This document shows, piece by piece, positions 28,201 through 41,109 of a stretch of DNA of 64,000 bases. Source of the stretch: Macrostomum lignano (taxonomy: Eukaryota); NCBI GenBank assembly GCA_002269645.1, contig NIVC01000757.1:148298-212297 (forward strand). The letters are read 5' to 3'. Positions within the stretch are counted from its first letter, which is position 1, and every line of letters begins with the position of its first letter. Made by a program: the position numbers and the translations under genes. The notes beneath the pieces are model-generated. The model made no database searches, had not been told where the DNA came from, and saw only the letters and a program-made list of their open reading frames with translations.

Positions 28201-28718
28201 CCCACTTCAGTCTTGTTATTCCTATCCCTTTTCCTCGCCGCCTTCTGATTGGCTCTTCAATCTCGCCTCTTTCCTCAGTTGCGCAGCCCAACCCTTCTTT
28301 TCTTATCTACAGTCAACCCCACCCCCTAATTTAATGTGTCATAAGTACACTCGTTTGGGCCCTCTGCCCCGCTTAGTGTTTCTTTTGAATGCCAAATAAT
28401 TTGTTGTTTATTGAATTGTCTTGTTTTTTTAAACAGAACACCGATTGCCTTCTATTTCAGTCGGAAGTGCTCCGCACCAAATCGTCAGAAAGCATGTCCC
28501 TTAGCCTAATTATGCTAAACTTTATCACGGCCTGTTTGTGGCTAACCTACGGCACCCTTGTTCACGACAGTAATTTAACTGTGCCCAATTTCGTTGGCGC
28601 CTGTCTCAGCTGTTTCCAGTTGGGCTTAATCTGCGTGTTTCCCTCTACGAAGAGTGCCGGGTCAGCTGGGGCCGCGGATGCCTCTAAAAAATCAGTTGGA
28701 TCTTTCGCAACTGTTTGA
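25284..28718 (+). CDS. SLC50A1: SWEET sugar transporter (MtN3/saliva family), 5 exons, about 230 aa
   Basis: join(25284..25357,25482..25559,25633..25756,27004..27162,28461..28718), all GT-AG with consistent phase; TACTAAC branch point at 25464. Two MtN3 repeats: LFPYVAMLASSSVWLKYG and YGSPLSAMSEVLRTKSSESMS...LWLTYG...VPNFVG. Confidence 0.93.
25812..26878 (+). repeat. 28-bp minisatellite (GTTGCTGGGCCAGCCTCCCAGATCCTCA)n in SWEET intron 3
   Basis: 28-aa translation cycle = 3 x 28 nt; roughly 35 or more copies. Confidence 0.97.
27680..28230 (+). repeat. 38-bp minisatellite in SWEET intron 4
   Basis: (TTCTTATCTCTCCCTTCCTGCCCATTTCAGTCTTGTTA)n, about 14 copies. Confidence 0.95.
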
Positions 28719-29019
28719 CACTTTAACAAATAATAAAAAAATCAATAATTGTCATTCATTCTAAACTGCTTCCAGAATCGATAGCCCTACTGTCATACTG
28801 AGAAAAATTATGTAAATGATTTTGAGATTTACTAGTAGTAGTACGGACGAATTTGAATGCAATATTAACATTTTCCATTTGCGAAAAGGCCATACTTTTT
28901 GAGTTAATTGATTTACTTATTGCGGAGGCCTTAAAGAGATTTCTTGTTAACCGCAATATTATCCATTAATTCATTTACGTTTTTAGTAGTTCACTTGGTT
29001 AGCGCTTATTTTATGGATT

Positions 29020-29180
29020 CACTGTCTTCATTATCTTTGATTTCATGGGTTCACTCTCTGTTCTTCATTATCTTTGATCTCATGGGTTCACTCTCTGTTC
29101 TTCATTATCTTTGATCTCATGGGTTCACTCTCTTCATTATTTTTGACTTCATTGATTCACTCTCATCATTATCTTTCATT
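29020..29180. repeat. Short ~37-bp tandem repeat downstream of SWEET
   Basis: TTCATTATCTTTGATCTCATGGGTTCACTCTCTGTTC-like units, 4-5 copies. Confidence 0.8.
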
Positions 29181-30498
29181 TCTTTAATTAACTCTCTTCG
29201 CTCTCTATATTACTTGTGAATAGCCATGGCGCACAAAACTAACATTCCCTTTCGTTGGAAATTAAATTAATACCTTTACATTGTTGTGTTTGTAAACTCC
29301 ACAATTTGCTTGTATATTAAAAGTTGGTTTAAATTTCTATATAAAAAAACAGATTCAAACTCTTGAAGATGCTTTTTATGTTGTATTCTGTCTGCAATCA
29401 CTGCCTTGTCATCTTGGGAGCGGTTTTTCAATTATTTAATTTCTCGATTGATGCTACAGTAACTAAGGCGCCAAAACCATTTTTAATTGTTGTTTTTCAT
29501 TTCGTAAATTTAACCTTTCTTTAACCTTAGCAACTTAACATCGTGTTGATTTATTATTTATCAATGCTTAGTATCAAATAGTTGACAGAACTTTACTCGA
29601 AAGAATATTTTGGAAAATAAAATCCTATATTTCTACTTAAAGTAGACTAACTGAAAACGGTGTAAGCGGTAAATGTTAGTTAGCTTTAAGAAATGCTTAA
29701 GTTTGAGAAAGATTTCTGTGTTGGGTTTTCATTTTTAGTAGAATTGTATAATTTGTGTTGATAGTACAGCTAAATGCTTTTATGTAATTAATTTTATTTA
29801 TTTAGCAAAATCAGTGTTTCATCATCAATATTTTAAATAAGATGAGGTGAATTGTATTAATAGAGTCTCATTCTATTTTCTGAACTATTTTATTATCATC
29901 ATTGCTTAGTGTTCAGAAAACAAATTGTCTCCTAAATTCAACATCCTTTAAAAATTAGCTTGTCATGTCTGTTGGTGGTTGTCTTTCAATTTTATTTATT
30001 CATGCTTATTTGTGTGTAGCGATAGTGGGATGTAAGTTGGTGTTAAAATGTGTGCTTTGTGCAAATCTAAACCAAATTATTTACAGACACATAACTCGTG
30101 TTTTGCAGTTATCTATTCTTAACAATTGGTTGATTTTATTGATTAATCCTTTCTGTATGTTTCATTTAAAATTTGCGTTGCTAATTATTGGTTGGTTGAG
30201 GGTCTGGCAACGGGACCTATTAGTGACAAATCTATCAAAGTTAAGAGTGTCATGAAAGACATTGAAAATTATAATTGTAAATGAAATAAGCATAGCAACT
30301 CTTGTTTTGTTTTGTTTGGTTTTTGTTCTGTTTAAATTTCATCTATATATTTTCAGTAGGCTACTAATAGTAATGTTAAGGGTATGGCGCGATTAAGGTT
30401 ATTAGTAGTATCATGCGATTCACAACTGATTAGAAACTCAAAAAGCTGTGTGAACGATAATTTCAGAGTCTCAGCTCTCTGGCGCGACTGGCTCCAAA

Positions 30499-32183
30499 AT
30501 GCCGCCGCCAACACCTGATCCGTCCAGTCGGTTAACCGATCATCGGCGCTGCAAAGTTCTATTAAAATTTGCTAATAATACTACTACGGATAGTAGCAAG
30601 CTAGAAATATTACGATCAATAATTGAACGTAAACGTGTAGTAGATTCTACTACTGAAGCTTCTATATGGCCTAAATTAGTGTTTGACATTGATTTCGACT
30701 CGCTAGATTGGTCCGCTTTTCATTGTCACCGGCGTATAAGATTGGCATTATTTATTGGCTTCTCCGCTCAGAATGCTCCTGCGGTGCTTTCTAAGAAAGA
30801 CTTGGCGGTTCTTTCGGACGTTTTAACGGCCACTTTGCCAGCCGATTGGTCAGAGAGTGCTTTGGAAAGTGTAATGAACGATTTAACTACTAAGCTAGCT
30901 AGTCAACTGACTGCCGAGCTAACTTTAGAAACTTCTCAATTGTCGTCTCCGTCTCAGTCGCCGGCGTCCACTCCTTCGACTCCGCCAGCTGAACTGTCGT
31001 CTAATTCTTCGCTGAGTTCTGTCCAGTCTGGCCAGGCTCAGCAGCAGATTCCAATGACCCCAATTGAAGGCTCAACATCTGTGGGCTGGTCGGAGGGGAA
31101 ACGGTCGAAACGGGGCAGCGCCAGACGAGAGAAACAGAGAGCCGATTTGAGATTGCTGTTGGGCGATTTTAAATCTGCCAGGTGAGTGGCTTGATCCATG
31201 GCTTAATGGGCGTTTCATTAGAATTAGGAACCGCCTCTGAACTAGTCTGAAGAATTAACCCTCAACCACTTGATAAACACCCTAAATCACTCTTGTCTGT
31301 CTTATTGTCTGTCTGTTTGTCTTGGTCTGTCTGTCTGCCTGCCTGTCTGTTTTTTTGTCTTCTGTCCGTCTGTCTGTTTTAGTGTCTGCCTGTCTGTTTT
31401 AGTGTCTGCCTGTCTGTTTTAGTGTCTGCCTGTCTGTCTGTCTGTCTTTGTGTCTGTCTGTCTGTTTTAGTGTCTGTCTGTCTGTTTTAGTGTCTGTCTG
31501 TCTGTTTTAATGTCTGCCTGTCTGTTTTAGTGTCTGCCTGTCTGTCTGTCTGTCTTTGTGTCTGTCTGTCTGTTTTAGTGTCTGTCTGTCTGTTTTAGTG
31601 TCTGCCTGTCTGTTTTAGTGTCTGCCTGTCTGTCTGTCTTTGTGTCTGTCTGTCTGTTTTAGTGTTTGCCTGTCTGTTTTAGTGTCTGCCTGTCTGTCTG
31701 TCTGTCTTTGTGTCTGTCTGTCTGTTTTAGTGTCTGCCTGTCTGTTTTAGTGTCTGCCTGTCTGTCTGTCTTTGTGTCTGTCTGTCTGTTTTAGTGTCTG
31801 CCTGTCTATTTTAGTGTCTGCCTGTCTGTCTGTTTTTGTGTCTGCCAGTCTGTTTTTGTGTCTGTCTGTCTGTTTTAGTGTCTGCCTGTCTGTTTTAGTG
31901 TCTGCCTGTCTGTCTGTCTGTCTTTGTGTCTGTCTGTCTGTTTTAGTGTCTGCCTGTCTGTTTTAGTGTCTGCCTGTCTGTCTGTCTTTGTGTCTGTCTG
32001 TCTGTTTTAGTGTCTGCCTGTCTATTTTAGTGTCTGCCTGTCTGTCTGTTTTTGTGTCTGCCAGTCTGTTTTAGTGTCTGCCTGTCTGTTTTAGTGTCTG
32101 CCTGTCTGTCTGTTTTTGTGTCTGCCAGTCTGTTTTAGTGTCTGCCTGTCTGTTTTAGTGTCTGCCTGTCTGTCTGTCTGTTT

Positions 32184-32222
<39 letters not shown>

Positions 32223-32241
32223 GCCTGTTTGTCTGTCTGCC

Positions 32242-32278
<37 letters not shown>

Positions 32279-32301
32279 GCCTGTCTGTCTGTCTGTCTGC
32301 C

Positions 32302-32358
<57 letters not shown>

Positions 32359-35300
32359 GCCTGTCTGTCTGTCTGACAGTCGTTCCTGAATCATTCTTAA
32401 GAGAATTAATGCTTCAGCACAGATAAGAATTTGTCTCTAACGAACTGCTCTTTATAACCGGTTTTTCTAAATCGTAAACAATTCTAAGAAACACATATTT
32501 GACCTTTTAACCGAAAAATTAAATGATAACAATGTATTCATAGAAATTTGCAACCAGCTTCATTAACCCGACAACCCCGTCAGATCCGGTTACAAAACAT
32601 CAATAGAAACATTGCGCGCGCTAAACGATTGGCTCTGGTACGCTTCCGCACTGGAAGGTCTCAGCGCCGTAGCCGACGCGGAAGCCGAATCTACCACCGA
32701 CGAGTTGGACAGTACTAACGAATCAGAAACGGACCTAGAAGCACCAGAAGCCACAGCGGCTCGCTGTCGCGAAGCTGTGTCGGAGTATCAGAAATTCTCG
32801 GCAGCCGCTTGGCTTGCCGCTGAAGCAACACTGAAAGCTGCCAGAGCGATGCGCGGCTATCAGCAGCATTGGCGCAGTCGACGATGGCCGGCGGTAGAGG
32901 CTGTGCAGTTTCTTGAATTGCCGGCTACAGAACGCCTGCTAGACAGTGTTGGCAACAGTAGCAACACTTGGTGCATTGGAGACTTGATGGCCGAATTAGG
33001 ATTAACACGTCGAGCTGTGCTGCACCGTTGGCTAGCCGCTAATAAGCATCTCGATGATGTCGGAGCATCTGGCGTAGATTTAGATTCTTCCGTTGCTCTG
33101 TTGACGCGTTGTCTTGACAATGACAGAGAAATTGACGATGGTACGAGTTTGTCTGCGCCGCGATTAAAAGTCACCCTTGCCTGTCGGCTGGTTGCCTTGC
33201 TTAGACAGAGACAAAATAGTGCTACTACCAGTAGTAGCACTGCAACAAATGATAAAGCTTGGGAAAGAGCGCTCAGCACTTTGGGTAGTTTGGGACCGTG
33301 GCTGACGCCGGATGAATGCAATGAACTATTTGACTGTCTATCCGATGCAACCAATTCGTTTTCTTATCCGATTAGAGCTCCATCTCGGCTGCCCGAATGG
33401 TTGCTAGCCAAACCGGAATCTATGCCTGATTCGCCCGTCATAATCACTCCCGCCACTTCTAAAGCTTCATCTAGTGGCGAAGAAAATCAAGGAACCAATG
33501 TTAAACCTCTGTTTATCTACACTCCATTAACGCTAGATGGCAATGCTGACAGTGCTAAGAAGTCCGCACCTGTCTATTGGTCTATTGAAGAGCCTAACCG
33601 GGTCTGTCTAACTCTTAGGCATAATTTGCCTGTGCTTCTGCAGCTTAACCAATTGAGCTTGCGAGTTCGAAGGCGCGCAAGAGAATCTGCTAGCGATAAT
33701 AATGATAATGATGATATTAGTGAATCTGTTTGGCCAGCAACAGTCTCAGAGACGAAATCTGATTTTATCGAACTGAATCCTGTAACATCCTCCAACAGCT
33801 CCGATTCGATAACTCTGCTAGTAAATCCGACAGAATTAGGCCGATTCGATCTAATTGGCATCGATTACTATCTAATGCCGTCGAGTCTACCTTTGCGCTC
33901 CGACTTGCCTTCCATTGCTAGCGTTAAAGTTGTTCCTATATTGCCAAAGCTGCGAGTGGAATGGCTGGACGGTGGCAGTGTTAAATTAGCCATCGATCCG
34001 ATGCTTCTGTCTGGCCAACAGATCGACTCAGATCGATCAGTGGCAGCCGGCTCGTCTGCTTCTATGCAACTGAGACTCACTAACGTTGGCAATTTGCCAA
34101 TTAGTCAGGCTAGTTTAGATCTAATGCCATTAGGCTTAGCATCTTGGTCGGAGGGTAATTTAGTTAGGCAGCTGCCTATCGCTCCGGGCGATGTGGCGGC
34201 TGTGACTCTCTACGTCGGCATGGGTTCGGGCCGCCAGATGCCAGACTTTGGTCGGCACCGATTGCGCGTTCGAGTATGCTACTCAGCTGGTAATAGCGTT
34301 GCTAGCGCTCAAACTGCCGAAGTTAATAGCGATGATTGCGCTAAAACTACGCTAGGTAGAGCGGCTGTTCTGTACGGTCACGTGAGTGTTGATCGGATAG
34401 CGCCCGGACAGCCGACTGATGATGCCGAAGATGATGAATCTGCAGTGCCTTCCACAGTTGCCGATGATGAAGCTTGCGAGGATGCTGTGGCCACTGCCGA
34501 GTGGCTGGCTGGACAGCTGCTCTGGAAGTGCAACTGCGACGGTGGCAATAATAATGCCAATGATAAGCCTGGCCTGCGGCTCTTGATTGGACAGGTGCGT
34601 TGTTGCTACTACTGTTAGTAGCAGAAGTGTACATAAATCAACCCTTATGAACTTGTTTGCCTTGCATAGAGCGATTATATGACCCAGTTTCGTTCAGATG
34701 ACTTGAGTTCATTCAGTATGACCCAGTTTTGTTCAGTATGACCTAGTTTTGTTCACTATGACCCAGTTTTGTTCAGTATGACTTAATTTTTGTTCAGTAT
34801 GACCCAGTTTTGTTCAGCATGACTTGAGTTCATTCAGTATGACCCAGTTTTGTTCAGTATGACTTGCGTTCATTCAGTATGTCTTCGAGTTCATTCAGTA
34901 TGACCAAATCATTTAGTATGATCAATTTTTCAATATGACTAAATTAATTCAATATGACCCAGTTTTGTTCAGTATGACTTGCGTTCATTCAGTATGACCC
35001 AGTTTTGTTCAGTATGACCTAGTTTTGTTCAGTATGACCCAGTTTTGTTCAGCATGACTTGAGTTCATTCAGTATGTCTTCGAGTTCATTCAGTATGACC
35101 AAAATCATTTAGTATGATCCATTTTTCAGTATGACTAAATTAATTTAGTATGACCCAGTTTTGTTCAATATGACCAAATTATTTAGTATGATCCAGTTTT
35201 GTTCAATATGACCAAATTAGTTAGTATGACCCAGTTTTGTTCAATATGACCAAATTATTTAGTATGACCCAGTTTTGTTCAATATGACCAAATTATTTAG

Positions 35301-35752
35301 TATGACCCAGTTTTGTTCAATATGAGCAAATTATTTAGTATGACCCAGTTTTGTTCAATATGACCAAATTATTTAGTATGACCCAGTTTTGTTCATTATG
35401 ACCAAATTCATTTAGCCTAACCCAGTTTTTACCCAGGCAGAGGTTGACCTCTTCAAATTGAACCCTAATTTGACCTCATCAGGTTCGCTCGGTGAGCGTC
35501 GAAGTTCGGTACCGAGGCCATCGCCTGTTGCCAGGGCCGGCCCTGCTGGTGTGGCCGGAGCAGGCCGGCCTGCTAGTGACCGGACAGACGGCCACTCAAC
35601 TGCCGGAATTGTCGCGCAAGCATCGCCTGGCGCGTCTGTCCTCCGGCGTACTGTTGCTAGGCAACGGTTGCGCGCGCCAATTAATGGCTACGCTATTCTT
35701 TCCTAGCACTAACGTTAAGGTTACTAAGGCGTGGCCGATTCAGGCTGTTTAG
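30499..35752 (+). CDS. TRAPPC9: TRAPP II subunit TRAPPC9/Trs120-like, 3 exons, about 987 aa
   Basis: join(30499..31181,32584..34594,35483..35752), phase-consistent. Family-like motifs recalled from TRAPPC9: DHRRCKVLL, DWSAFHCHRRI, RREKQRADLRLLLG, YKTSIETLRALNDWLWYASALEGL. Last exon less certain. Confidence 0.78.
31320..32375. repeat. Compound (GTCT)n microsatellite in TRAPPC9 intron 1
   Basis: Directly visible. Confidence 0.97.
34680..35420. repeat. ~20-bp minisatellite (AGTATGACCCAGTTTTGTTC variants) in TRAPPC9 intron 2
   Basis: Directly visible. Confidence 0.93.
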
Positions 35753-35829
35753 TTTTTGTTGTGCGCCGTTTCCATTCTGTTTTCTATTTTTTTAAAACGA
35801 GCTCAAAATTCCGGGTTCGGGCTGTTGCT

Positions 35830-36230
35830 GAAGTCTCACCAGTAGGTTTCCAACCGGAAGTCTCACCAGTAGTAGGTTTCCAACCGGAAGTCTCACCAGT
35901 AGTAGGTTTCCAACCGGAAGTCTCACCAGTAGTAGGTTTCCAACCGGAAGTCTCACCAGTAGTAGGTTTCCAACTGGAAGTCTCACCAGTAGTAGGTTTC
36001 CAACCGGAAGTCTCACCAGTAGTAGGTTTCCAACCGGAAGTCTCACCAGTAGTAGGTTTCCAACCGGAAGTCTCACCAGTAGTAGGTTTCCAACCGGAAG
36101 TCTCACCAGTAGTAGGTTTCCAACCGGAAGTCTCACCAGTAGTAGGTTTCCAACTGGAAGTCTCACCAGTAGTAGGTTTCCAACCGGAAGTCTCACCAGT
36201 AGTAGGTTTCCAACCGGAAGTCTCGCCAGC
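35830..36230. repeat. 30-bp minisatellite just downstream of the TRAPPC9 stop
   Basis: (GAAGTCTCACCAGTAGTAGGTTTCCAACCG)n, about 13 copies. Confidence 0.96.
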
Positions 36231-37729
36231 AGTATGTTTATAACCGTAAGTCTTGCTGGTACTTCAGTAACCCAGGTTGGTGTAAATTTGATTATTCACT
36301 GTCCCGTAAAGGAAGCTCTCTTTCTATATACGTTTGTACTTACAAAGTTTTCATTCCACTGTTCTCATATTTATGACTTATTAAATTAATGATTTTGCTT
36401 TAAACAATTTTCTATTGAATATATAGATTACAAGTTGCCAATATTATAAATCTCTTCTATTAAACTTGTATACCAGTATCAATATTAAATTCGTAAATTC
36501 GTGTCATTTTCAGAGATTAATCTAGTCTGGTTAAATGCTTTATCGGATTAAAACAGTTAATTATACTATCATGTGATTCTATGAATATGCGGTGTATTTG
36601 TACGAGCTGCATATTCTCATATTGATTCTCTTTTTAAAAATTGACTGTGATTAAAGATTTAATACGGTATAAAATATAGTTGTTAAAGTGATCATTTAAG
36701 AATTTCGATTTACTACTAAAGCATTACACCACTTTAAAGTCGATTGTGTAATCATCATTCTTCATTTTTTAATAAAAAAAAATATTAAAAATTTGGAAAC
36801 ATCAGTTGCATATTTCCAGTAGTAATTGCAGTAGTAATAGTCAAAATAGAAGTTAACTATAAAAAAATTATATTTCCTAAGTTGCAGACTACATTTAGAA
36901 AGTACATTCAAGTCAATTAATTTTGTCTAATAATTAATAAGAGTCACGAACATTGAATTGCAAGCTGGTCAAATTAAATATGATGTCAGCAACAATATAC
37001 AACATTGCAATAAGAAATAACAGATATAAGCAAATTTACCAGGACAGACACTAAATTCACATTTGAAAATGATTGTTTTGAGTAGTGTAACGAACAAGGT
37101 GTATAGATAGTATCAGTAGGACTATGCAAATTGCTAAACTTATTATATATACATAGACTGTTTCCGTGAAAAATGAACGAGTATAATAAAACTAGTATGA
37201 GAGATTAAGTGCCCCTATATATGCTCCGATATGGATCGCCGGCAGGTGCAGTCATATTTACAAAGACAACGGCGCATAAACACGCAAAAATATTTAGTTT
37301 TATTCAACACTTGACAACAACAGGTTTAATATTTGAAAGTAATATTTGTAAATAATGCGACACAACAAATGCATTATAATATTGATAGTAATAAATGGAG
37401 TTTAGTTAAAAACTTATTTGTTGAACCTATATTAAACCGACAAATTTTTGTCAGGCAGCTACAATTAAACTCTTTAATCCAGCCTAAGCCAACAGCAACG
37501 CCCAGAGTTCAGACGAGAACCAATCAAGCAAGCTATTGAAGACTTGCATTTCATTGTCTATGGCCCAAAAAGGGGTCTGTGGATCTGTCCAGCACTGCTT
37601 TGAGACAAAAAACGGAATTGCTCTCGGCTTATATATACTGTACGTCAAACCTTTTGCCCTGGTCTGTTTTGATTTCTTTAAATGAAATTAAAGTATGCAT
37701 TATACCGTAAGGATATACCGTAGACAGCA

Positions 37730-37815
37730 ACTGACACTCTGGGAGGCTGGCCCAGCAACTGAGGATCTGGGAGGCTGGCCCAGTAACTGAGCATCTGGGA
37801 GGCTGGCCCAGGAAC
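37730..37815 (-). repeat. Short array of the 28-bp family downstream of PR-Set7
   Basis: Reverse complement of the SWEET intron 3 unit, about 3 copies. Confidence 0.9.
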
Positions 37816-37899
37816 TGACCTCTGGAAGTCTTCAATAGCTTGGTTCTTTAACTAAGAATCGCATTGGTTGTCCCTATGTCTAAATATAAAAACACCAGT

Positions 37900-40131
37900 T
37901 CAGCACTTCAGCCAGGGATGCGCAGCCAGAGTAGCCGGGTCCCTATCACCGTAGTCGTAGACCAGCTCCTCGCCCGGCGAGATGTCTCGCTTAGCAAACA
38001 GGCACAGGTGCGTCCGGTCGCCAATGCACACCACCTTGGTGTAGCAGTTGGGCGCCAGACGGCTGTGGTTTAACAGCCGGCCATAGTAGGGACTCTCGGC
38101 CGTGGCGTCAACGCACAATTTCACGCCGCGAGCAACAAAATAGTACATATAGCAGCCCACAGTGGGGTCGCTATTATAGGCCTGTTCGCGCAGCTTGGCA
38201 GCTTTGAAGTCAATTAAATCGCCTTTGTATTCAACTACGAATTCGTCGCGACTAAACGCTCTAGTAGCCACAATGCCGCGGCCTTTGTCCGGGAAGTCAA
38301 CCACTTTGAGGCCGTCCTGACAGACCCTGCTAATCCGATTGATGGTCTCCGCCTCAGAGTCGAACTGCGCCGCTTTTAACAGGCGGCGCTCGCTTCTGCG
38401 CGTGCCAACCAGAGCTGGGAAGAAATTCTCTAAGCTGGCAGATTTCCCGCCAAGACTGGATTGCCTGTTGCCGCTGCTTGACGAGGATGCAGTTGATGAA
38501 GATGAGCTGCTGGAAGCGGAGGATGAAACGGCAGCTGGAGTCGAGCGGTTATCGCAGGATTTGCTGCGACGAATCGATTTGGGCGTTGGCCGCTGGGACG
38601 CCTGCTGGTTGTTTTGATTGGGATTTGGTTGGCGGGGAGGCTGCGAGTGAATTCTAGTACTCAATAATCAGCTTCATCGTTAAGACAGCCGAATAGGCCT
38701 AAAACATCTATCTATTATTTCGCTAAGTATTTCGGGTCGTGCCCTTTTGTTTTTTGCAAATCTAAAAATGATTTTAATAGAGATCAACGATGTTGAGGGT
38801 CGAGGGTTCGTGAACTTAAACCTAACAAAGAAGCCGGTTTGTGACCTTAATAATATAATAATATTAATTAATTACACCTGCCCTAGTTGGGCCAGAAGTG
38901 CAACCGACAGCTCAGCCGCAGCTATTGCGCGGTGCATCTGAGGGCTGTGTACGGCTGTTCAGTCCAAGGACTGGGGGGGTCGCCACACACACCCTCAATA
39001 ATTACCCCAGCTAATGCTAGCGCCCATTTTACAGCTGGGTGAACTGAAGCAATGCAGGGTTAAGTGTCTTGCTCAAGGACACAAATTGTTACGAGTGAGT
39101 CAAGAATCGAGCCCCGGACCTCCAAGTCGTGAGTCCGACGCTCTGACCACTAGGCTACAACCTAACAAAGGGTCATAACCTTGAACCTAACAAAGGGTCA
39201 TGACCTAAAACCTAACAAAGGGTCATGACCTTGAACCTAACAAAGGGTCATGACCTTAAACCAAACAAAGGGTCATGACCTTAAACCTAACAAAGGGTCA
39301 TAACTTTAAACCTAACAAAGGGTCATGACCTTGAACCTAACAAAGGGTCATGACCTTAAACCAAACAAAGGGTCATGACCTTAAACCTAACAAAGGGTCA
39401 TAACTTTAAACCTAACAAAGGGTCATGACCTTAAACCAAACAAAGGGTCATGACCTTAAACCTAATAATGGGTCATGACCTTGAACTAAACAAAGGGTCA
39501 TGACCCTAAACCTAACAAAGGGTCATGACCTTAAACTAAACAAAGGGTCATGACCCTAAACCTAAAAAAGGGTCATGACCTTAAACTAAACAAAGGGTCA
39601 TGACCCTAAACCTAACAAAGGGTCATGACCTTAAACCTAACAAAGGGTCATGACTTTAAACCTAACAAAGGGTCGTGACCCTAAACCTAACAAAGGGTCA
39701 TGACTTTAAACCTAACAAAGGGTCATAACCTTAAACCTAACACAGAAGGCTTGTTATTTCTAAATCCGAACGCATTTTTGAAATTTTGCTAAACAAAGGG
39801 TAGTTGAACAAACCTTGACATTTCCATTGACAAATCCATTGTCATTTGCAGTTGAAGACGCACTACGGCCAGCATTAACTTGATTATTAGTGTCTCCCGT
39901 AGCCTGTTCGTCTAATTCCAATCTTGCAGACTTGACAGGTGAGCGTTGAGCCTGTTTCACCTGTAGAGACGGCTGCTCGGCAACAGGCGACAGCACCAGT
40001 TGAGTCTGTACTAGGCGTCTCGCTTGACCAGCCGGTTTGCTTGAAGATTGCTTTTTAGATTTCAACGGTTTCATTGTTGGCTCCAAGTAGTCAGTTGTAG
40101 GCTTGGATGCCATCTCAGCAGCTGATGACAT
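37900..40131 (-). CDS. KMT5A: Histone H4K20 monomethyltransferase PR-Set7/SET8, 2 exons, about 352 aa
   Basis: complement(join(37900..38640,39814..40131)). SET domain KGRGIVATRAF..FVVEYKGDLI..GCYMYYF..CVDAT..GRLLNHS..GEELVYDYGDR..HPWL, typical of SET8. Confidence 0.93.
38935..39158 (-). mobile_element. tRNA-derived CORE-SINE in the PR-Set7 intron
   Basis: Minus strand: TAGCCTAGTGG (A box), GGGCTCGATTC (B box), then TGTGTCCTTGAGCAAGACACTTAACCC...CTGTAAAATGGG, resembling the MIR CORE domain. Confidence 0.85.
39160..39740. repeat. 25-bp minisatellite (AAACCTAACAAAGGGTCATGACCTT)n in the PR-Set7 intron
   Basis: About 23 copies. Confidence 0.96.
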
Positions 40132-40494
40132 TATGATCTTTATCAATATGCTGCACTTGCAATTCAATGCTGCAATTAGAATATAATGCTGCTTTTATAA
40201 GGCTATTTTTCAACACTTATCTACTATAAGTAGCATTGCTAAACATATAGAAATAACCGAAAGCATCAGGTAGGACTTCGAAGACAGTAAAAAACTTCAA
40301 TGCTTTATTACATGGCGAAAGACTCGCAGACATGATAGAATGAGTAGAAAATTTTTAACCTTAATAACATCGAAATTTACATTGGGGAGCGAATTCCTAG
40401 TCCCGCCTAGCGAAATAAAAATATGAAATACTACTGATAAGAGCTGTTCTTGCTTTGGTAGGCAAATATTTGATGGAAGCATGAACAATGCATG

Positions 40495-40970
40495 TCATAT
40501 GGCTGGCTCAGCAACTGAGGATCTGGAAGGCTGGCCCAGTAACTGAGGATCTGGGAGGCTGGCCCAGCAACTGGGGATCTGGGAGGCTGGCCCAGCAACT
40601 GAGGATCTGGGAGGCTGGCCCAGCAACTGAAGATCTGGGAGGCTGGCCCAGCAACAAAGGATCTGGGAGGCTGGCCCAGCAACAAAGGATCTGGGAGGCT
40701 GGCCCAGCAACTGAGGATCTGGGAGGCTGGCCCAGCAACAAAGGATCTGGGAGGCTGGCCCAGCAACAAAGGATCTGGGAGGCTGGCCCAGCAACAAAGG
40801 ATCTGGGAGGCTGGCCCAGCAACAAAGGATCTGGGAGGCTGGCCCAGCAACTGAAGAGCTGGGAGGCTGGCCCAGCAACTGAAGAGCTGGGAGGCTGGCC
40901 CAGCAACTGGGGATTTGGGAGGCTGGCCCAGCAACTGAAGATCTAGGAGGCTGGCCCAGCGACTGAGGAT
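40495..40970 (-). repeat. 28-bp family array between MIPEP and PR-Set7
   Basis: Same unit as SWEET intron 3, on the minus strand. Confidence 0.95.
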
Positions 40971-41109
40971 CTGCGGCTTTTGTTAGATCATAGAAAACGA
41001 TTACAGCAACGATCAGCGATATTGAAATTCAATCCTAAAGCACACTAATTCTGGTATGAAAATAGTGACTGAGGGCCTGATTTCAGAATAATAAGATCAA
41101 CAATCTCAA

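Noticed and set aside
35437-35706. Alternative TRAPPC9 last exon from the acceptor at 35436
   Set aside because: Gives a low-complexity tail. The acceptor at 35482 has a branch-like CCTAAT and a more domain-like frame. Not fully excluded.
35830-36230. CRISPR-like appearance of regular ~30-bp repeats (also 39160-39740, 49585-50460)
   Set aside because: Head-to-tail units without unique spacers, no cas genes, eukaryotic context.
39085-39158. tRNA gene
   Set aside because: tRNA-like head runs straight into a CORE domain without a full cloverleaf; it is a SINE.
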